A stretch of DNA of 47,270 bases, taken from assembly GCA_050178385.1 (NCBI GenBank), contig JBFXGD010000007.1:1-47270 (forward strand), read 5' to 3'. Numbering within the stretch: position 1 is the stretch's first letter; the number at the start of each line of letters is the position of its first letter. The position numbers and the translations under genes are program-made. The stretch is from Calditrichaceae bacterium. Its GTDB lineage: Bacteria > Calditrichota > Calditrichia > Calditrichales > JBFXGD01. Below are positions 1-11,487 of this stretch, piece by piece. The notes under the pieces were generated by a model. That model saw only the letters and a list, made by a program, of their open reading frames with translations. It was not told where the DNA came from and made no database searches.

Positions 1-9
1 GGGAATGCC

Positions 10-118
10 ACTCCTTTGCCAATTCGGGATGATTCATTCATCCGTCGGGCTGGGTGTCCGGTTACCCGGGTACCCGTCGCGTCCCTGACTTCCCGGAAGG
101 ATCTTCAGGGTTCGGAGT
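10..118 (-). ncRNA. Candidate structured 5' leader / riboswitch-like RNA (P1 and 3' end resemble the Moco/Tuco motif); regulated gene lies outside the window
   Basis: GC-rich and non-coding in all three minus frames. Minus strand: ACTCC...GGAGT closing stem, CCCTGA/TCAGGG stem, GGGT-CCGG-GTAA-CCGG-ACCC GNRA hairpin, GGATGA/TCATCC hairpin, ending CCCGAATTGGCAAAGGAG. Confidence 0.45.
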
Positions 119-161
119 TTTGTTCTCAGAATTCACAGTAACAAATTAAAATCCTAAGACA

Positions 162-190
162 AATTTAGTATGTTTGACCGCCATTTGCAA
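162..190 (-). promoter_or_regulatory. sigma70-type promoter driving the leader RNA
   Basis: Minus strand TTGCAA-17 nt-TAAATT. Confidence 0.45.
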
Positions 191-384
191 TCCCGGATTA
201 TATATCTCTATCCAACACTATGTTTTTAAGTAATTTAACTCGGTGATTATCATTACCGGAAAATTGAAATATAGTCAACAAACCTGGGTAAATAAGGAGA
301 TTATTCCTGTATTTCTAAGGAAAAATGTAGCAGGACAAACCCGGGCGTTTTATTTCCTGAGATAAGATACTCACTACAAAAAGA

Positions 385-921
385 TCATATCATGGCGGAT
401 GCGTTTTTTAATCCTGTCAGCACCGTTAACAGACGTTCAAAAAGCTCGTCACTTAATACGAAAGGTACATTTTCCGTGATGTGACCGGATGATTCAGTCT
501 CTTTTCTCGATAATGTCAGGACTGCTTCATTCAGATCAAGAAGTAGTTCAAAATAGCTCCGGCTTTGTTCTTTGACATACGGCGGATAGCTGCGGATTTG
601 GACACGCTTGTTTTTGCGGTCATTTTCTATGAGTTTAAAACTTTCTGAAAGAAAGGATATCTTTTCACAGAGTAAATTGCTCACCCGTTCCAATTGTTCA
701 TCATTTAATCCAAGATCCTTCAAAAAGGCGTCTTCGACCCTGATTCTGAGAAATTTACTACTCAGGGAGTCGATGCTTAAAAAATCCACTTCAGCTTTTT
801 TACCGTCAATCGATTCCCCAAATCTGTACCCTGAACTGGCGCTCTCCGAAACGCGCAGTTGATCATACCGTTTTTCATCTATGCTTTTAAATGAGCTTAT
901 AAAGTTTTTGACGTTTGCCAT
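385..921 (-). CDS. Hypothetical protein, last gene of the prkA-yeaH-spoVR operon
   Basis: 178-aa ORF with AGAGG RBS, 18 nt after the spoVR stop; no recognised motif. Confidence 0.75.
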   Translation of the reverse strand: MANVKNFISSFKSIDEKRYDQLRVSESASSGYRFGESIDGKKAEVDFLSIDSLSSKFLRIRVEDAFLKDLGLNDEQLERVSNLLCEKISFLSESFKLIENDRKNKRVQIRSYPPYVKEQSRSYFELLLDLNEAVLTLSRKETESSGHITENVPFVLSDELFERLLTVLTGLKNASAMI

Positions 922-939
922 CGTTTATACCTCTCTATA

Positions 940-2415
940 TTAAATACGTTCTGTTTTATGCTCTTTACCGTCAAACTGCAATATGAACTCATCACCTTCT
1001 TCGGATCTGCTCCTAATTAAAACGGGCCGCTTCCACATATACTGTATATTCTCCAGTGTCCGCTGAGCATAATCCACATCAAGCCCTATGGAATCGGTTA
1101 CGTGATTTAAAAGAAGTTCTGTTCTGTTATTATAATTTGCGTTATCAACCTCGATAACCGGCTGCCCCGCGTTCGTAAGTGAAAACAGAATCATATCCTT
1201 AATCTTTTTGAAATTCCTTGAACTGATTTCGTGGCGCTTTGTACGCTCATTATACTCATATGTAAACAGTTTGTGATCAATGCAAAATTCTTCTGTAAGA
1301 AAAGTATCAATAAAATTTACATCATTGTACATTTTTCTGATTTCAAAGATTTTTTGCCTTCCGAGTCCAAGATTTTTATCCCATATTTTTTTTTCGACAT
1401 AATCATCGCATTCATCATACTCTTTTCCAAATTTTCCCTTATCCCATCTCTCCTCAATATCACGGAATATTTCAAGGCCTATTTTATAGGGATTAAGCTG
1501 ACCGGGAGTCATTTGTACCGTTCCCGAATGATGCTCCGCGTAATCTATTATTTCCGAATCATTCAATACCCGTGTGGTCATAATTTTGGAATGCCAGTAT
1601 GAGGCCCATCCTTCATTCATAATTTTTGTCTGCCCCTGTGGTCCAAAATAATAGGCTTCCTCTCTTATCATATCCAATACATCGCGCTGCCATTCCTCCA
1701 GCGGCGCAAACTGTATCAGGAATGCCAGAACATCCCTTTCAGAATGCTCCGGAAATTTTTTTGATTTCTGTCTATCCGTTTCGATATCCGTCATCTGCTC
1801 TTCAATAAATTCAGGAGGGTTAATATATTTTTCCATGTATTTCTTGCTTTTCAATCTCCTGATTTGTTTACCCGCATAAATATCATCCGTCAAAATATCA
1901 CTTCTGCGTTTTATGAACGGCGCCTGATAATCGATTAAATTTTCAAGAGACAAACAGCGGTCTATAAAATTTTCCACATCATCCTGGCCGTGTATATCGA
2001 TATATTTTCTGATACGCATGGCATGATTGGCCATTTCATCCATCATCTTACGATTGGTCTTGGAAAAGTAGTAATTGTTTTTAAAAAAATCGCAGTGCGC
2101 GTAAACATGCGCCATTACAAGTTTTTGATCGACAAGGCTATTGCTTGTCATCAGATAGGCGTAACACGGATCATTATTAATCACCATTTCGTAGATTTTC
2201 TGAAGCCCGTATTGATAACCTTTGCTCAGATGCTCATATTCCATCCCAAACCGCCAATGCGGATAGCGCGTCGGGAAACCACCCTTTGCGGCAATCTCAC
2301 TAATCTGATCATATTGAAGCAGTTCAAAAACAACCGGATAAAAATCGAGATTATACTCCTTTGCATAACCTCCGATTTCCATTTTCGCTTTTGCCAGTTC
2401 ACCTGATAAAATCAT
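940..2415 (-). CDS. spoVR: SpoVR/YcgB family protein
   Basis: Motifs [54 protein letters not shown]; operon context. Confidence 0.95.
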   Translation of the reverse strand: MILSGELAKAKMEIGGYAKEYNLDFYPVVFELLQYDQISEIAAKGGFPTRYPHWRFGMEYEHLSKGYQYGLQKIYEMVINNDPCYAYLMTSNSLVDQKLVMAHVYAHCDFFKNNYYFSKTNRKMMDEMANHAMRIRKYIDIHGQDDVENFIDRCLSLENLIDYQAPFIKRRSDILTDDIYAGKQIRRLKSKKYMEKYINPPEFIEEQMTDIETDRQKSKKFPEHSERDVLAFLIQFAPLEEWQRDVLDMIREEAYYFGPQGQTKIMNEGWASYWHSKIMTTRVLNDSEIIDYAEHHSGTVQMTPGQLNPYKIGLEIFRDIEERWDKGKFGKEYDECDDYVEKKIWDKNLGLGRQKIFEIRKMYNDVNFIDTFLTEEFCIDHKLFTYEYNERTKRHEISSRNFKKIKDMILFSLTNAGQPVIEVDNANYNNRTELLLNHVTDSIGLDVDYAQRTLENIQYMWKRPVLIRSRSEEGDEFILQFDGKEHKTERI

Positions 2416-3515
2416 ATGCCTTTTCCCAGAAACATTTTTATCGAATCAAAAACGCCCTCTCTGTCAGGGATCGTGGACAACAGCATTTTGTCGTTTTCAT
2501 CAAAACGTTCATCCAGATCCTTGATAAATTGTCCGCTCCCGTAAACACTCTCAACCTGGCCGTAACAAAATACATTCGCAAACGGCAGAATACGGTCTTC
2601 GATGATTTCAAAACAAATTTCATTATCATCTTTAGACCAGTTGTCTCCGTCAGAAAAGTGGAAAGGATAAATATTCCATTCCTCACCGGGATAATCATTT
2701 TCAATTATTTTAGCGCATAAATCATAAGCGGTTGAAATGACCGTCCCGCCGCTTTCTTTAGTCGTAAAGAATGTTTCCCTGTCAACTTCTCCCGCGGCGG
2801 CGTCATGGATTATGTAGCGTGTCTGCAAGCCCGGATAATGAGATCTCAGCCAGGTATCAATCCAGAATGTTTCAATTCGCACAATCTCCTTTTGTTCTTC
2901 TCCCATGGAACCGGATACATCCATCATATAAATAATCGCCGCGTTGCTTTCAGGCTTATATTCCGTTTTCCAGGAACGATAGCGCAGATCCTCTTTAATT
3001 GGGATAATAATGGGGTTGTTTAAATTATACTCTTGTGATGAGATCTGACGTTTAAGCGCTTCTTTATACGTGCGTTTGAAGTGGCGTAATGTTTCCGGAC
3101 CGGTTCTTCTAAGACCGCTGTATTTGGTTTTTATGGATGTTAATTCTTTTTTCCCTTTTGGTTCTATTCGCGGGAGCTCCAGTTCTTCGCCCATAATTTC
3201 AGCAAGTTCATCAATGGTAAGCTCAACTTCTCTTAAATGATCCCCGGGCTGATTTCCGGCGCGGTTTCGGCCTTCACCATCTCCCGGGTCAATCGGATCA
3301 CCTTCATTGCCATCACCTGCCCCCACGCCACCCTGTGCCGGATCACCATAGCGAAATCTCGGCAGATCAATTTGGGGAATTGGGATACTTACAAGATCTT
3401 TACCCTTTTTCCCGATCATTTCGCCGTGTGTAATATATTTCCGGAGATTACCCTTAATTTTTCCTTTAATAATTTTTCTGAAGCGGCTGTGGTCTTCTTC
3501 AATCTGCAATACCAT
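2412..3515 (-). CDS. yeaH: DUF444 family (YeaH/YhbH) vWA-like protein
   Basis: [13 protein letters not shown]-like motif, [22 protein letters not shown]; lies between prkA and spoVR. Confidence 0.93.
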   Translation of the reverse strand: MVLQIEEDHSRFRKIIKGKIKGNLRKYITHGEMIGKKGKDLVSIPIPQIDLPRFRYGDPAQGGVGAGDGNEGDPIDPGDGEGRNRAGNQPGDHLREVELTIDELAEIMGEELELPRIEPKGKKELTSIKTKYSGLRRTGPETLRHFKRTYKEALKRQISSQEYNLNNPIIIPIKEDLRYRSWKTEYKPESNAAIIYMMDVSGSMGEEQKEIVRIETFWIDTWLRSHYPGLQTRYIIHDAAAGEVDRETFFTTKESGGTVISTAYDLCAKIIENDYPGEEWNIYPFHFSDGDNWSKDDNEICFEIIEDRILPFANVFCYGQVESVYGSGQFIKDLDERFDENDKMLLSTIPDREGVFDSIKMFLGKGI

Positions 3516-3602
3516 GTCATATTTTCTTCGTTAAGTGAACATTGAATGAATTTTATATTAGTGATACCGGCACAGATAATTATTGGACTTAAACGCATTT
3601 TA

Positions 3603-5663
3603 TCATGTTTGAGTTTTCATATCACCGCGCGCGAAAATACTTGAAACATAGTTAAGCACATCAGTTGCGCTTTCTTCCGTATAACCATAATTTTTTATCA
3701 GACGGGCCTTAACCACATCAATTTTTTTCTGAGTTTCCTTATCAACAACATTCGATACCAGGGTCGTGAGTTTAATTGTATCCTTTTGATCCTCAAACAA
3801 CTTCATTTCAAGCGCGCGATGCAGCCTCTCATTTGCTCTGTAATCAAACGTCTTCCCGTCAATGGCGAGCGCTCCGATATAATTCATAATTTCACGCCGG
3901 AAGTCATCTTTTCGGGATTCGGGAATTTCGATTTTATCTTCAATTGAGCGCATCAGTCTTTCATCAGGCTCTTCATCTTCTCCGGTGTATTTATTCTTTA
4001 CCCGTTCTTTTTGAGTATATGCTTTTACGCTATCGATGTAATTGGAGCACAATTTTGAAATAGATTCTTCATCCGCGCTGATTGCTCTCTGCACTTCATT
4101 TTTTACAATCTCTGTATATTCCTGTTTCACAATCCCCAGAATTTCACGGTATCTCTTTTTTTGTTCCTCGCTGGTAATAAGGCTGTGATTTTTAAGACCG
4201 CTTTCGAGCTCATTCATCACCATAAACGGATTGATATATGTTTCTTCAACATCATTTACCAGCGCGTTACTCACCTTATCCTGGATATACCTTGGAGATA
4301 TCCCCTCCATCCCTTCACGTACGACTTCTTTCCGGAGCTCTCTCACATTATCCTCTGTAAATCCGGGCAATGTGCGTCCGTCATATAATTTCATTTTTTG
4401 CAGAAGGGTAAGATTATGTTTTTTGGGTTCTTCCATTCGTGTCAGCACCGCCCACATGGAAGCCATTTCAATGGTATGAGGAGCGATATGCTTTCCGCGG
4501 ATTTTATCCTTATTAAAATCTTTTTCATAAATTTTAATTTCTTCACTCAACCGGGTGATGTACGGAATATCTATTTTTACAGTACGATCCCGAAGCGCTT
4601 CCATAAATTCATTGTTTTGAAGTTTTTTGTACTCAGGCTCGTTTGTATGACCGATAATCACTTCATCGATATCTGTTTGAGGAAACTTTTTCGGTTTAAT
4701 TTTATGCTCCTGTGACGCGCCTAAAAGATCATACAGAAAAGCCACATCCAGCTTCAGCACTTCAATAAATTCAATGATTCCACGGTTTGAAATATTAAAT
4801 TCACCATCAAAATTGAAAGCTCTCGGGTCGGAATCCGATCCGTATTCCGCGATTTTCCTGTAATTGATATCGCCTGTCAGCTCCGTGGAATCCTGATTCT
4901 TTTCATCCTTTGGCTGAAAAGTACCGATTCCAATCCGGTCTTTTTCAGAGAGGCTCAGCCTTCTTACCCTTATATGCTTTATAACAGCAGTCCAGTCACC
5001 TTTATATCTCTGATGCAGCTCGCGGTAAATCTGACGGCATGCCGGGCACAGGTCCCCCTCAAATACAAGTTGTTTCCCGGCCGACAATTTCTTGTTGATT
5101 TCACCGACGAATGACCTTCTCAACTCGATCGGAAGCAGGTGCAGCGGTTCTTCATGCATCGGACATGGCATTTCATCACTGTGCCTGTTTTCATGATCAT
5201 TCAGTGAAACCCAGGAAAAACTATAGAGCGCGCCATCCTGTGTTCTCGAATAATGCTCAATACCTCGTTTCAAAAGACGGGCTATTGTGCTTTTTGCGCT
5301 TCCAACCGGTCCGTGCAGTAAAAGAACTCTTTTCTCTGTCCCGTAACGATGCGCTGCGGATTTAAAAATGTTCACCAGTTTCATCAAAGGGATATCAAGA
5401 CCGTATACGGCATCCTTACCATCATTCATTGGATCGTCAAAAAATTTATAATGCACAATTTTCTTCTTACTATCTACATATTCATTCGATCCGAATGATA
5501 AAATCATATCATATATACGCTGGTACGCGCTCCTTGAGACTGCCGGATTTTTTACAACAATATCCAGATATTCCTCAAATGAGCCCGTCCAGTTCAGATT
5601 TTGAAATTCTTCCACATTGAACTTTTTCTGGAAATCTTCCAGAATTTTTTGGCTGATACTCAT
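3603..5663 (-). CDS. prkA: PrkA/YeaG family serine protein kinase / AAA+ ATPase
   Basis: Walker [51 protein letters not shown]. Confidence 0.95.
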   Translation of the reverse strand: MSISQKILEDFQKKFNVEEFQNLNWTGSFEEYLDIVVKNPAVSRSAYQRIYDMILSFGSNEYVDSKKKIVHYKFFDDPMNDGKDAVYGLDIPLMKLVNIFKSAAHRYGTEKRVLLLHGPVGSAKSTIARLLKRGIEHYSRTQDGALYSFSWVSLNDHENRHSDEMPCPMHEEPLHLLPIELRRSFVGEINKKLSAGKQLVFEGDLCPACRQIYRELHQRYKGDWTAVIKHIRVRRLSLSEKDRIGIGTFQPKDEKNQDSTELTGDINYRKIAEYGSDSDPRAFNFDGEFNISNRGIIEFIEVLKLDVAFLYDLLGASQEHKIKPKKFPQTDIDEVIIGHTNEPEYKKLQNNEFMEALRDRTVKIDIPYITRLSEEIKIYEKDFNKDKIRGKHIAPHTIEMASMWAVLTRMEEPKKHNLTLLQKMKLYDGRTLPGFTEDNVRELRKEVVREGMEGISPRYIQDKVSNALVNDVEETYINPFMVMNELESGLKNHSLITSEEQKKRYREILGIVKQEYTEIVKNEVQRAISADEESISKLCSNYIDSVKAYTQKERVKNKYTGEDEEPDERLMRSIEDKIEIPESRKDDFRREIMNYIGALAIDGKTFDYRANERLHRALEMKLFEDQKDTIKLTTLVSNVVDKETQKKIDVVKARLIKNYGYTEESATDVLNYVSSIFARGDMKTQT

Positions 5664-6042
5664 AATTTTCTCCTCACTTTATTTTTAAAGGATGAGAACT
5701 AGTATAATCTAATATTTTCTATCGAAGTAAACTTGGATACACCTTAAAGAGTTCCTTATAATATTACATAAGTATTTATATTTATAAGTTCAATACGCGT
5801 ATACTTAACCAGTTCATTTAATATTATACATTTTTATTGAATCGACTCAGCAACGGGAACTGTGATAATACTTCCACCCTGAAATCAATTTTTAACACGT
5901 ATAACACTTCAATGTTTATAAACGAAGTTCAAAAGCATTTAATTCTTATTATTTTTTTATTATATCAAGAGGATGAAATTATTTTACAGATATTCTCAGC
6001 AGGTAAATTATGACCGGTTTTAGACGCTCAGCGCGGTGGGTA

Positions 6043-6801
6043 TTACCCGTTAATTCTCGTTGCTAATGATCGTATGGTTTGCGGCGCATGCCCCTGATAG
6101 CGGTTGTTTGAATAAACATAGACTTCCAGCTCCTTTTCCCGGAACTTTTCGATCCAGTCTGCCCACCAGTCAAGGTCTTTGTCACGGTTAACGCGAACAT
6201 GTGAAAAATCATCCGGAATCTGTTTACGGTTGCCCAGCAATCGCACATAGGTAAAGTCGGCGGTCAGTTCAATTACTCTGGGCAGATAATAAAGATCATT
6301 CAGCACCAGTGCCGCGTTGTGACTTCTCAACAGATCATAAAATTCATTTTTATGCCAGTTTTTGTTGCGGATTTCAATACAAATCCGGAGATCGTCATTC
6401 ATACCGTTGAGAAAATTCTTAAGATTTGAGAAGTGCTCATCAAATGAAAACTTATAATCAAACTGAAGCACAATTGGTCCGAGTTTGTGCTTCAGTATTT
6501 TCATGGTCGAAATAAATTGCTCCCAGGCGCTTTCGCACCGGAGCAGTCTTTTTTCATGAGTTATTTCCTGGGGCGCTTTTGGGGCAAAGGTAAAATTTTC
6601 ATCTGTAATTGCAAACCAGTTTTCCACGGTGGAAGCTCTTGGAATTCCATAAAATGTTGAATCCACTTCCACCGTATCAAATATGCCCGAATAAATCCCC
6701 AGATATCCGCTTTGTTTTGTCCCTTCAGGATAAAACGGCCCAACCCAGTCTTTGTATGACCATCCAGATGTCCCAATGTGTATTTTTGGATGATGAGCCA
6801 T
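6043..6801 (-). CDS. DUF72 (YecE-like) protein
   Basis: IGTSGWSYKDWVGPFYP, TVEVDSTFY, KAPQEITH, NNRYQGHAP. Confidence 0.92.
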   Translation of the reverse strand: MAHHPKIHIGTSGWSYKDWVGPFYPEGTKQSGYLGIYSGIFDTVEVDSTFYGIPRASTVENWFAITDENFTFAPKAPQEITHEKRLLRCESAWEQFISTMKILKHKLGPIVLQFDYKFSFDEHFSNLKNFLNGMNDDLRICIEIRNKNWHKNEFYDLLRSHNAALVLNDLYYLPRVIELTADFTYVRLLGNRKQIPDDFSHVRVNRDKDLDWWADWIEKFREKELEVYVYSNNRYQGHAPQTIRSLATRING

Positions 6802-6859
6802 TTTCGAGATTCCGAATTCAAAATTTATATTAACACCGGACAGTAAATTCGCCTGTTTC

Positions 6860-8191
6860 CTAGTTCATTATTCCGGGAGCTTCCAGGGCTCCTCCTTCCC
6901 GGCGGTCCGATCTTTTGAGCATAAACGCAAAGAACAATCCAAAAACTCCCAGCCCGGCAAACATGAGCATACTTGCCGTATAGGTGTGTGTAGTATCTCT
7001 TAACCAGCCGTTTATATAAGGGAACAACGCGAGTCCGATGTTTTGAATAAACGTAATGATTCCAAATGCGGTGCCCACATGTTCCTTTTTAACAATCAAT
7101 GGAACGGACGGCCACATTGCCGCCGGAACCAGCACAAATGCCGCACCCAGCATAATCATGGAATAAGCCGGATAGATATTTGTAAAACCCATCAGGAGAT
7201 AGGAAGGGATCATCACAATCGATCCGACAATCATCAGGCTTGCCCGTTTACCAAATTTGTCAACCAGGTGACCGGCAAACGGCGCGAGCACCATTGACGC
7301 GAAGATGATGATCGAAGAAACACCGCCGGCTGTTGAAAACATATGGAGTAGATTATTAAAAACTTGATAGAAAAATCCACCGCTTGATTCCGCGACGCGT
7401 GAAATACCCCATTTGTCAACAAAGAAATCTGTCGAAAGCGCGGTGAACGGAAAAATGGCCGAATAGAACAAAACACATAACATTGAAATATGCCAGAATG
7501 ATGGTTTAAACTTTTTAATATCCTTAAACACTATTTTTTCTTCTGAACTTTCATCTTTTAATTGAAGTACGTGCTCGCCTCTCCGGTCCATCACGATATA
7601 AACCAGGTTTGCTATAAGCGATAACAAACAAAAAACCATGGCAGCGATCAAAGCCGCTTTATATCCGCCATAATGACTTGCAATAAGTTCTCCGGTGTTA
7701 AAACTAAACAGCGTTCCCATTCTGCTTACCGTGAGGGCAATACCAAAAGACAAAGCGAGTTCTTTTCCTTTAAACCATCTCGCGAGAATGGCGCTTTGTG
7801 CGACAACCAGAGGTTCGGAACCGGCTCCAAAAATGAATCTGCCAACAAATAAAAGGGTCAGATTATCCGCAAACGCGACAAGCGCCGCCCCAATAAACAC
7901 CAGAATTGAAAAGATTAAACTGGCCTTTCGTGTCCCGAGATAATCGATGAGAAGCCCGCCCAAAAGTACTGAGAGAATCGCCGCGACACTGTACATTGTG
8001 TAAAACGCGCCGACAGTCCCCCGGGAAGCGCCAAGCTCTTCAACCAAAGTCGGTGCAATCGCCCCGATTATATCATACGCGAAGTAGCTGCCAAAAGTCA
8101 GCAGGGAGACAAACAATAGAATTGTAAACCGGTAGAGTTTTGTCGAGGGATGAAATACTGAGTGATTTACTGTTCCGGGAGCCTGGCCCAT
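6860..8191 (-). CDS. MFS transporter (MFSD1-like)
   Basis: About 12 hydrophobic segments; GGLLIDYLGTRK motif A; GRFIFGAGSE...WFKGKELA. Confidence 0.9.
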   Translation of the reverse strand: MGQAPGTVNHSVFHPSTKLYRFTILLFVSLLTFGSYFAYDIIGAIAPTLVEELGASRGTVGAFYTMYSVAAILSVLLGGLLIDYLGTRKASLIFSILVFIGAALVAFADNLTLLFVGRFIFGAGSEPLVVAQSAILARWFKGKELALSFGIALTVSRMGTLFSFNTGELIASHYGGYKAALIAAMVFCLLSLIANLVYIVMDRRGEHVLQLKDESSEEKIVFKDIKKFKPSFWHISMLCVLFYSAIFPFTALSTDFFVDKWGISRVAESSGGFFYQVFNNLLHMFSTAGGVSSIIIFASMVLAPFAGHLVDKFGKRASLMIVGSIVMIPSYLLMGFTNIYPAYSMIMLGAAFVLVPAAMWPSVPLIVKKEHVGTAFGIITFIQNIGLALFPYINGWLRDTTHTYTASMLMFAGLGVFGLFFAFMLKRSDRREGGALEAPGIMN

Positions 8192-8446
8192 ATTAAATTC
8201 CTTTCTGGATTGATGTCCTTCATAAATATAACAAAAATTTCAAATTATAATCGCTTAAAATTTTAAGCGTTCTATTCTGTTTATCATTGAGAGCGCCTGT
8301 TTGGCGCAGAAAAAATTTTATCTGATGAAGCAGTTATCCGGGCCTTACAGTATTTTAAATCAAACGTCCGAAAGCCGTCATCAACAGGAATAGTATATTG
8401 AACAAATACGTTCTTTTGCTGCGGCCATTTTTTATATGTGCACCAA

Positions 8447-8890
8447 TCACTTTCCCGTCGAGCGCGGGTCATCGCCGGCAAACGTCCACAGATCATTTAT
8501 CACAAAATTCATCAGCATGCCCACGGCAATTCCGATTAAATTTGAGAAAAGATAATAGACATCAAACATTTCAGTCAGAACAATCAGAAAAACTCCGTTA
8601 GCCAGCACTGCCGCTATACCCACTGAAAGATGATAGCGGACAATCCGGCCATAAATACCACTTTTTTTCCTGTCTGACCAGGTCCACGCGTCATTCAGAG
8701 TAAAATTGGCCAGTATTGAAAGCTCGATCGCGATGATACTCGAAATCATATAATAGATTTTGAAATATTCCGTAAGCGTGTAAAGCACAAACATGTTAAC
8801 CAGTACGCCGCTGGTACCGACAATCGAAAATTTTAACAGATGCGGTCTCAAAAACAGGTTTCTCAAATAAGTAAGAATAGAAGATGGCAT
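8447..8890 (-). CDS. GtrA family flippase-like protein
   Basis: KFSIVGTSGVLVN, NFTLNDAWTW, NFVINDLWTF; 4 TM helices. Confidence 0.9.
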   Translation of the reverse strand: MPSSILTYLRNLFLRPHLLKFSIVGTSGVLVNMFVLYTLTEYFKIYYMISSIIAIELSILANFTLNDAWTWSDRKKSGIYGRIVRYHLSVGIAAVLANGVFLIVLTEMFDVYYLFSNLIGIAVGMLMNFVINDLWTFAGDDPRSTGK

Positions 8891-9020
8891 GTGATTTCCG
8901 TGTTTGTTAAATTTGAACGGTTAAATCATTCCGCGCGGCACGGATTTAGTATACAAGTTAACCCATTTACGAATCAACAAAAAAATTCCTTTTTTCATGT
9001 TCCTGATTTAAATTGCTTTT

Positions 9021-10505
9021 ATGAAAATACCATTTGTTGATCTGTCAAAAAGAATTCCGATATCCGACAAAACTCTTATTGTTCTTATTGGTATTACCGC
9101 ACTGTTTACCAGATTTTACCATATTGGAAAAGACAGCCTTTGGCTCGACGAAGCCGCGATCATGGCATTTGCCACAGAGCCATTTTGGGAAATGCTTTCA
9201 TCTGCTTTTAGTGATCCGGCCCTGCCGCTTTTCCCGTTCACCTTGTTTTTCTGGCTAAAAATATTTGGTACCGGTATCGTTGCCGCGAGAAGCATCTCTG
9301 TTCTTTTCAGCCTGTTGAGCGTTTTTCTTGTTTTTCAGATAATCAGCTCACTATTTGATAAAAACACCGCTATTATCACCGTTATCCTGTTTGTTCTGTC
9401 CCCTTTTCAGGTCTATTATGCCCAGGAATTACGGGTGTACAGCATGCTGCAATTTCTTGGATTGGTTTCGGTTTATTCATTTATAAATTTGCTGGATGAA
9501 GTCAAACCCAGCCGTGTTTTTATTTATATTCTCACTATCGCATTGATCCTCTACGCGCACGTGTACGGATGGTTTTTACTTTTATTTCAGTGGTTCTGGG
9601 CATATTATGTCTGGCGGAACGGCCGCCTTTCATTGAAGCGGCTCCTTCATGTCCTATATTCCGGCAGCGCCGCCATCTTTTTGTTCATGCCTTATTTTTT
9701 TTATTATTTCAGAATGATACTGAGCGTCCGTAATGAGTTCTGGATCAAAAGTCCAAACCTCATTCATCTCGCGGGTATCTTTGAACAATACGCAGGCTAT
9801 CTTCCCCTGTTTATTTTTTTATTTCCATTCGCTTTTTTAACATCATTTCTATTTATCAGGAATAAAGTTAAAGAGGGTGAGCAGCACCGCATTTTATTTT
9901 TACTTTGCTGGGCCGCATTTCCGATCATCATACCTTTCATTATTTCCCATGTCATATCTCCTATGTTTCAGGTTCGGTACACTATATTTGCCGCTGTTCC
10001 TTTTTACGCGCTGACTGCTTTCGGGATAAACAAAATATCCAATCGTCCGTTGTTCAGGCTATCTCTTCTCCTCTTGATTATAATCGCTGTGATTGGTTTG
10101 CATAAACACAATTCATCCATCACCCGCGAGCCATGGGACCAAGTGGTCATGGATTTAAAATTAAAAACTGCCCCCAACGAACCCATTCTTGTCGGCGCAG
10201 ATTTTTGCTATAATTACCTTTTTCTATACTATGGAAAAGATCTTGCTGAACAATCAACCGGATTGTCTGAAACCGATGTTAAAAGCGGTGAAAAACTGGA
10301 AAAAATGATTTCAGAAATCCGTGACGATTCAAAGAGTGTATGGTTTGTTTCGTCTCACTTTGATCCCTTTGAAGAAACCGTTTTAAACCATCTGAGACCG
10401 TTTTATAAACAGCATGAAAAATTTACCTATTATTACCGTGATTTATATGATCGGGATATTCCCGGAATCGTTGTATATCATCTGACCTCCACTAGTGAGA
10501 AGTAG
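9021..10505 (+). CDS. GT-C (family 39/ArnT/PMT-like) membrane glycosyltransferase
   Basis: SLWLDEA, ARSISVLFS, YYAQELRVYS; polytopic membrane protein divergent from the GtrA gene. Confidence 0.88.
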   Translation: MKIPFVDLSKRIPISDKTLIVLIGITALFTRFYHIGKDSLWLDEAAIMAFATEPFWEMLSSAFSDPALPLFPFTLFFWLKIFGTGIVAARSISVLFSLLSVFLVFQIISSLFDKNTAIITVILFVLSPFQVYYAQELRVYSMLQFLGLVSVYSFINLLDEVKPSRVFIYILTIALILYAHVYGWFLLLFQWFWAYYVWRNGRLSLKRLLHVLYSGSAAIFLFMPYFFYYFRMILSVRNEFWIKSPNLIHLAGIFEQYAGYLPLFIFLFPFAFLTSFLFIRNKVKEGEQHRILFLLCWAAFPIIIPFIISHVISPMFQVRYTIFAAVPFYALTAFGINKISNRPLFRLSLLLLIIIAVIGLHKHNSSITREPWDQVVMDLKLKTAPNEPILVGADFCYNYLFLYYGKDLAEQSTGLSETDVKSGEKLEKMISEIRDDSKSVWFVSSHFDPFEETVLNHLRPFYKQHEKFTYYYRDLYDRDIPGIVVYHLTSTSEK

Positions 10506-10591
10506 CGCACATTTTGGTTTAATTTCTTGCAAAACCGCTCTTAAAATCTTAAGTTTTATATTTAATATTTTTAACAAAATAAGGATTAATA

Positions 10592-11422
10592 ATGGAAGAA
10601 ATTCGAATTGCACATAGCCCGGATTCTGATGACGCCTTTATGTTTTACGCGCTCGCGAATGATGTGTTTGATACCGGTAACCTGAAGTTCACACATATTT
10701 TAAGTGATATCGAGACTCTTAATCAAAAAGCCATGAATGGCGAATATGAAGTTTCTGCAATTTCTATTCATGCTTATCCATATGTTGCGGATAAATATAT
10801 CCTCATGCCAACCGGATCAAGTATGGGTGATAAATACGGACCGATGGTCGTTTCCAAAAAGAATCTTAATGCCCGCGATCTCCAGAACGTTAAAATCGCT
10901 GTACCCGGAACCCTGACCACCGCCTTACTCGCGCTCAGGTTATATAATCCGCTTATCGATTATGATATAGTCCCGTTTGATCAGATCATTCCAAAAGTAC
11001 TTTCCGGCGAATATGAAGCCGGTTTGATTATCCATGAGGGACAGCTCACTTATGCCGAACAGGGTTTGAACAAAATAGTGGATATGGGAGAATGGTGGTA
11101 CAAAGAGACGGGTCTTCCTCTGCCTCTTGGAGGAAATGTGATACGCCGTGATCTCGGCTCAGTGCTCATGCGCGAAGTATCGGATTTCATAAAGCGCAGT
11201 ATTCAATATTCTCTCGATAACAGAAAAGACGCGCTGAAATACGCCCTGAAATTTGCCGGAGAGATGGATCCAAAATTGGCTGATAAGTTTGTCGGGATGT
11301 ATGTCAACCACTGGACTCTTGACTATGGCGAGAAAGGCAGGAAAGCGATTAAAACTATCCTGAAACGAGGTTTTGAAGCCGGTATTATCGATCATGAAAC
11401 AGAAGTTGAATTTCTTGATTAA
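10592..11422 (+). CDS. mqnD: 1,4-dihydroxy-6-naphthoate synthase (futalosine menaquinone pathway), MqnA/MqnD family
   Basis: HSPDSDDAFMFYAL, DIETLN, IIHEGQLTY, WWYKETGLPLPLGGN, GMYVN. Confidence 0.88.
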   Translation: MEEIRIAHSPDSDDAFMFYALANDVFDTGNLKFTHILSDIETLNQKAMNGEYEVSAISIHAYPYVADKYILMPTGSSMGDKYGPMVVSKKNLNARDLQNVKIAVPGTLTTALLALRLYNPLIDYDIVPFDQIIPKVLSGEYEAGLIIHEGQLTYAEQGLNKIVDMGEWWYKETGLPLPLGGNVIRRDLGSVLMREVSDFIKRSIQYSLDNRKDALKYALKFAGEMDPKLADKFVGMYVNHWTLDYGEKGRKAIKTILKRGFEAGIIDHETEVEFLD

Positions 11423-11487
11423 TAATGATTTAAGCATACAACCGATAAATTTTTTATCATATTAAATACAGAAAGAACAGATTTATC

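Noticed and set aside
239..258. Fur-like box GGTAATGATAATCACCG
   Set aside because: Only a partial match, about 50 nt upstream of the -35 element; insufficient support.
5664..6040. sigma54 promoter for prkA/yeaG as in enterobacteria
   Set aside because: No TGGCAC-N5-TTGC element seen in this AT-rich spacer.
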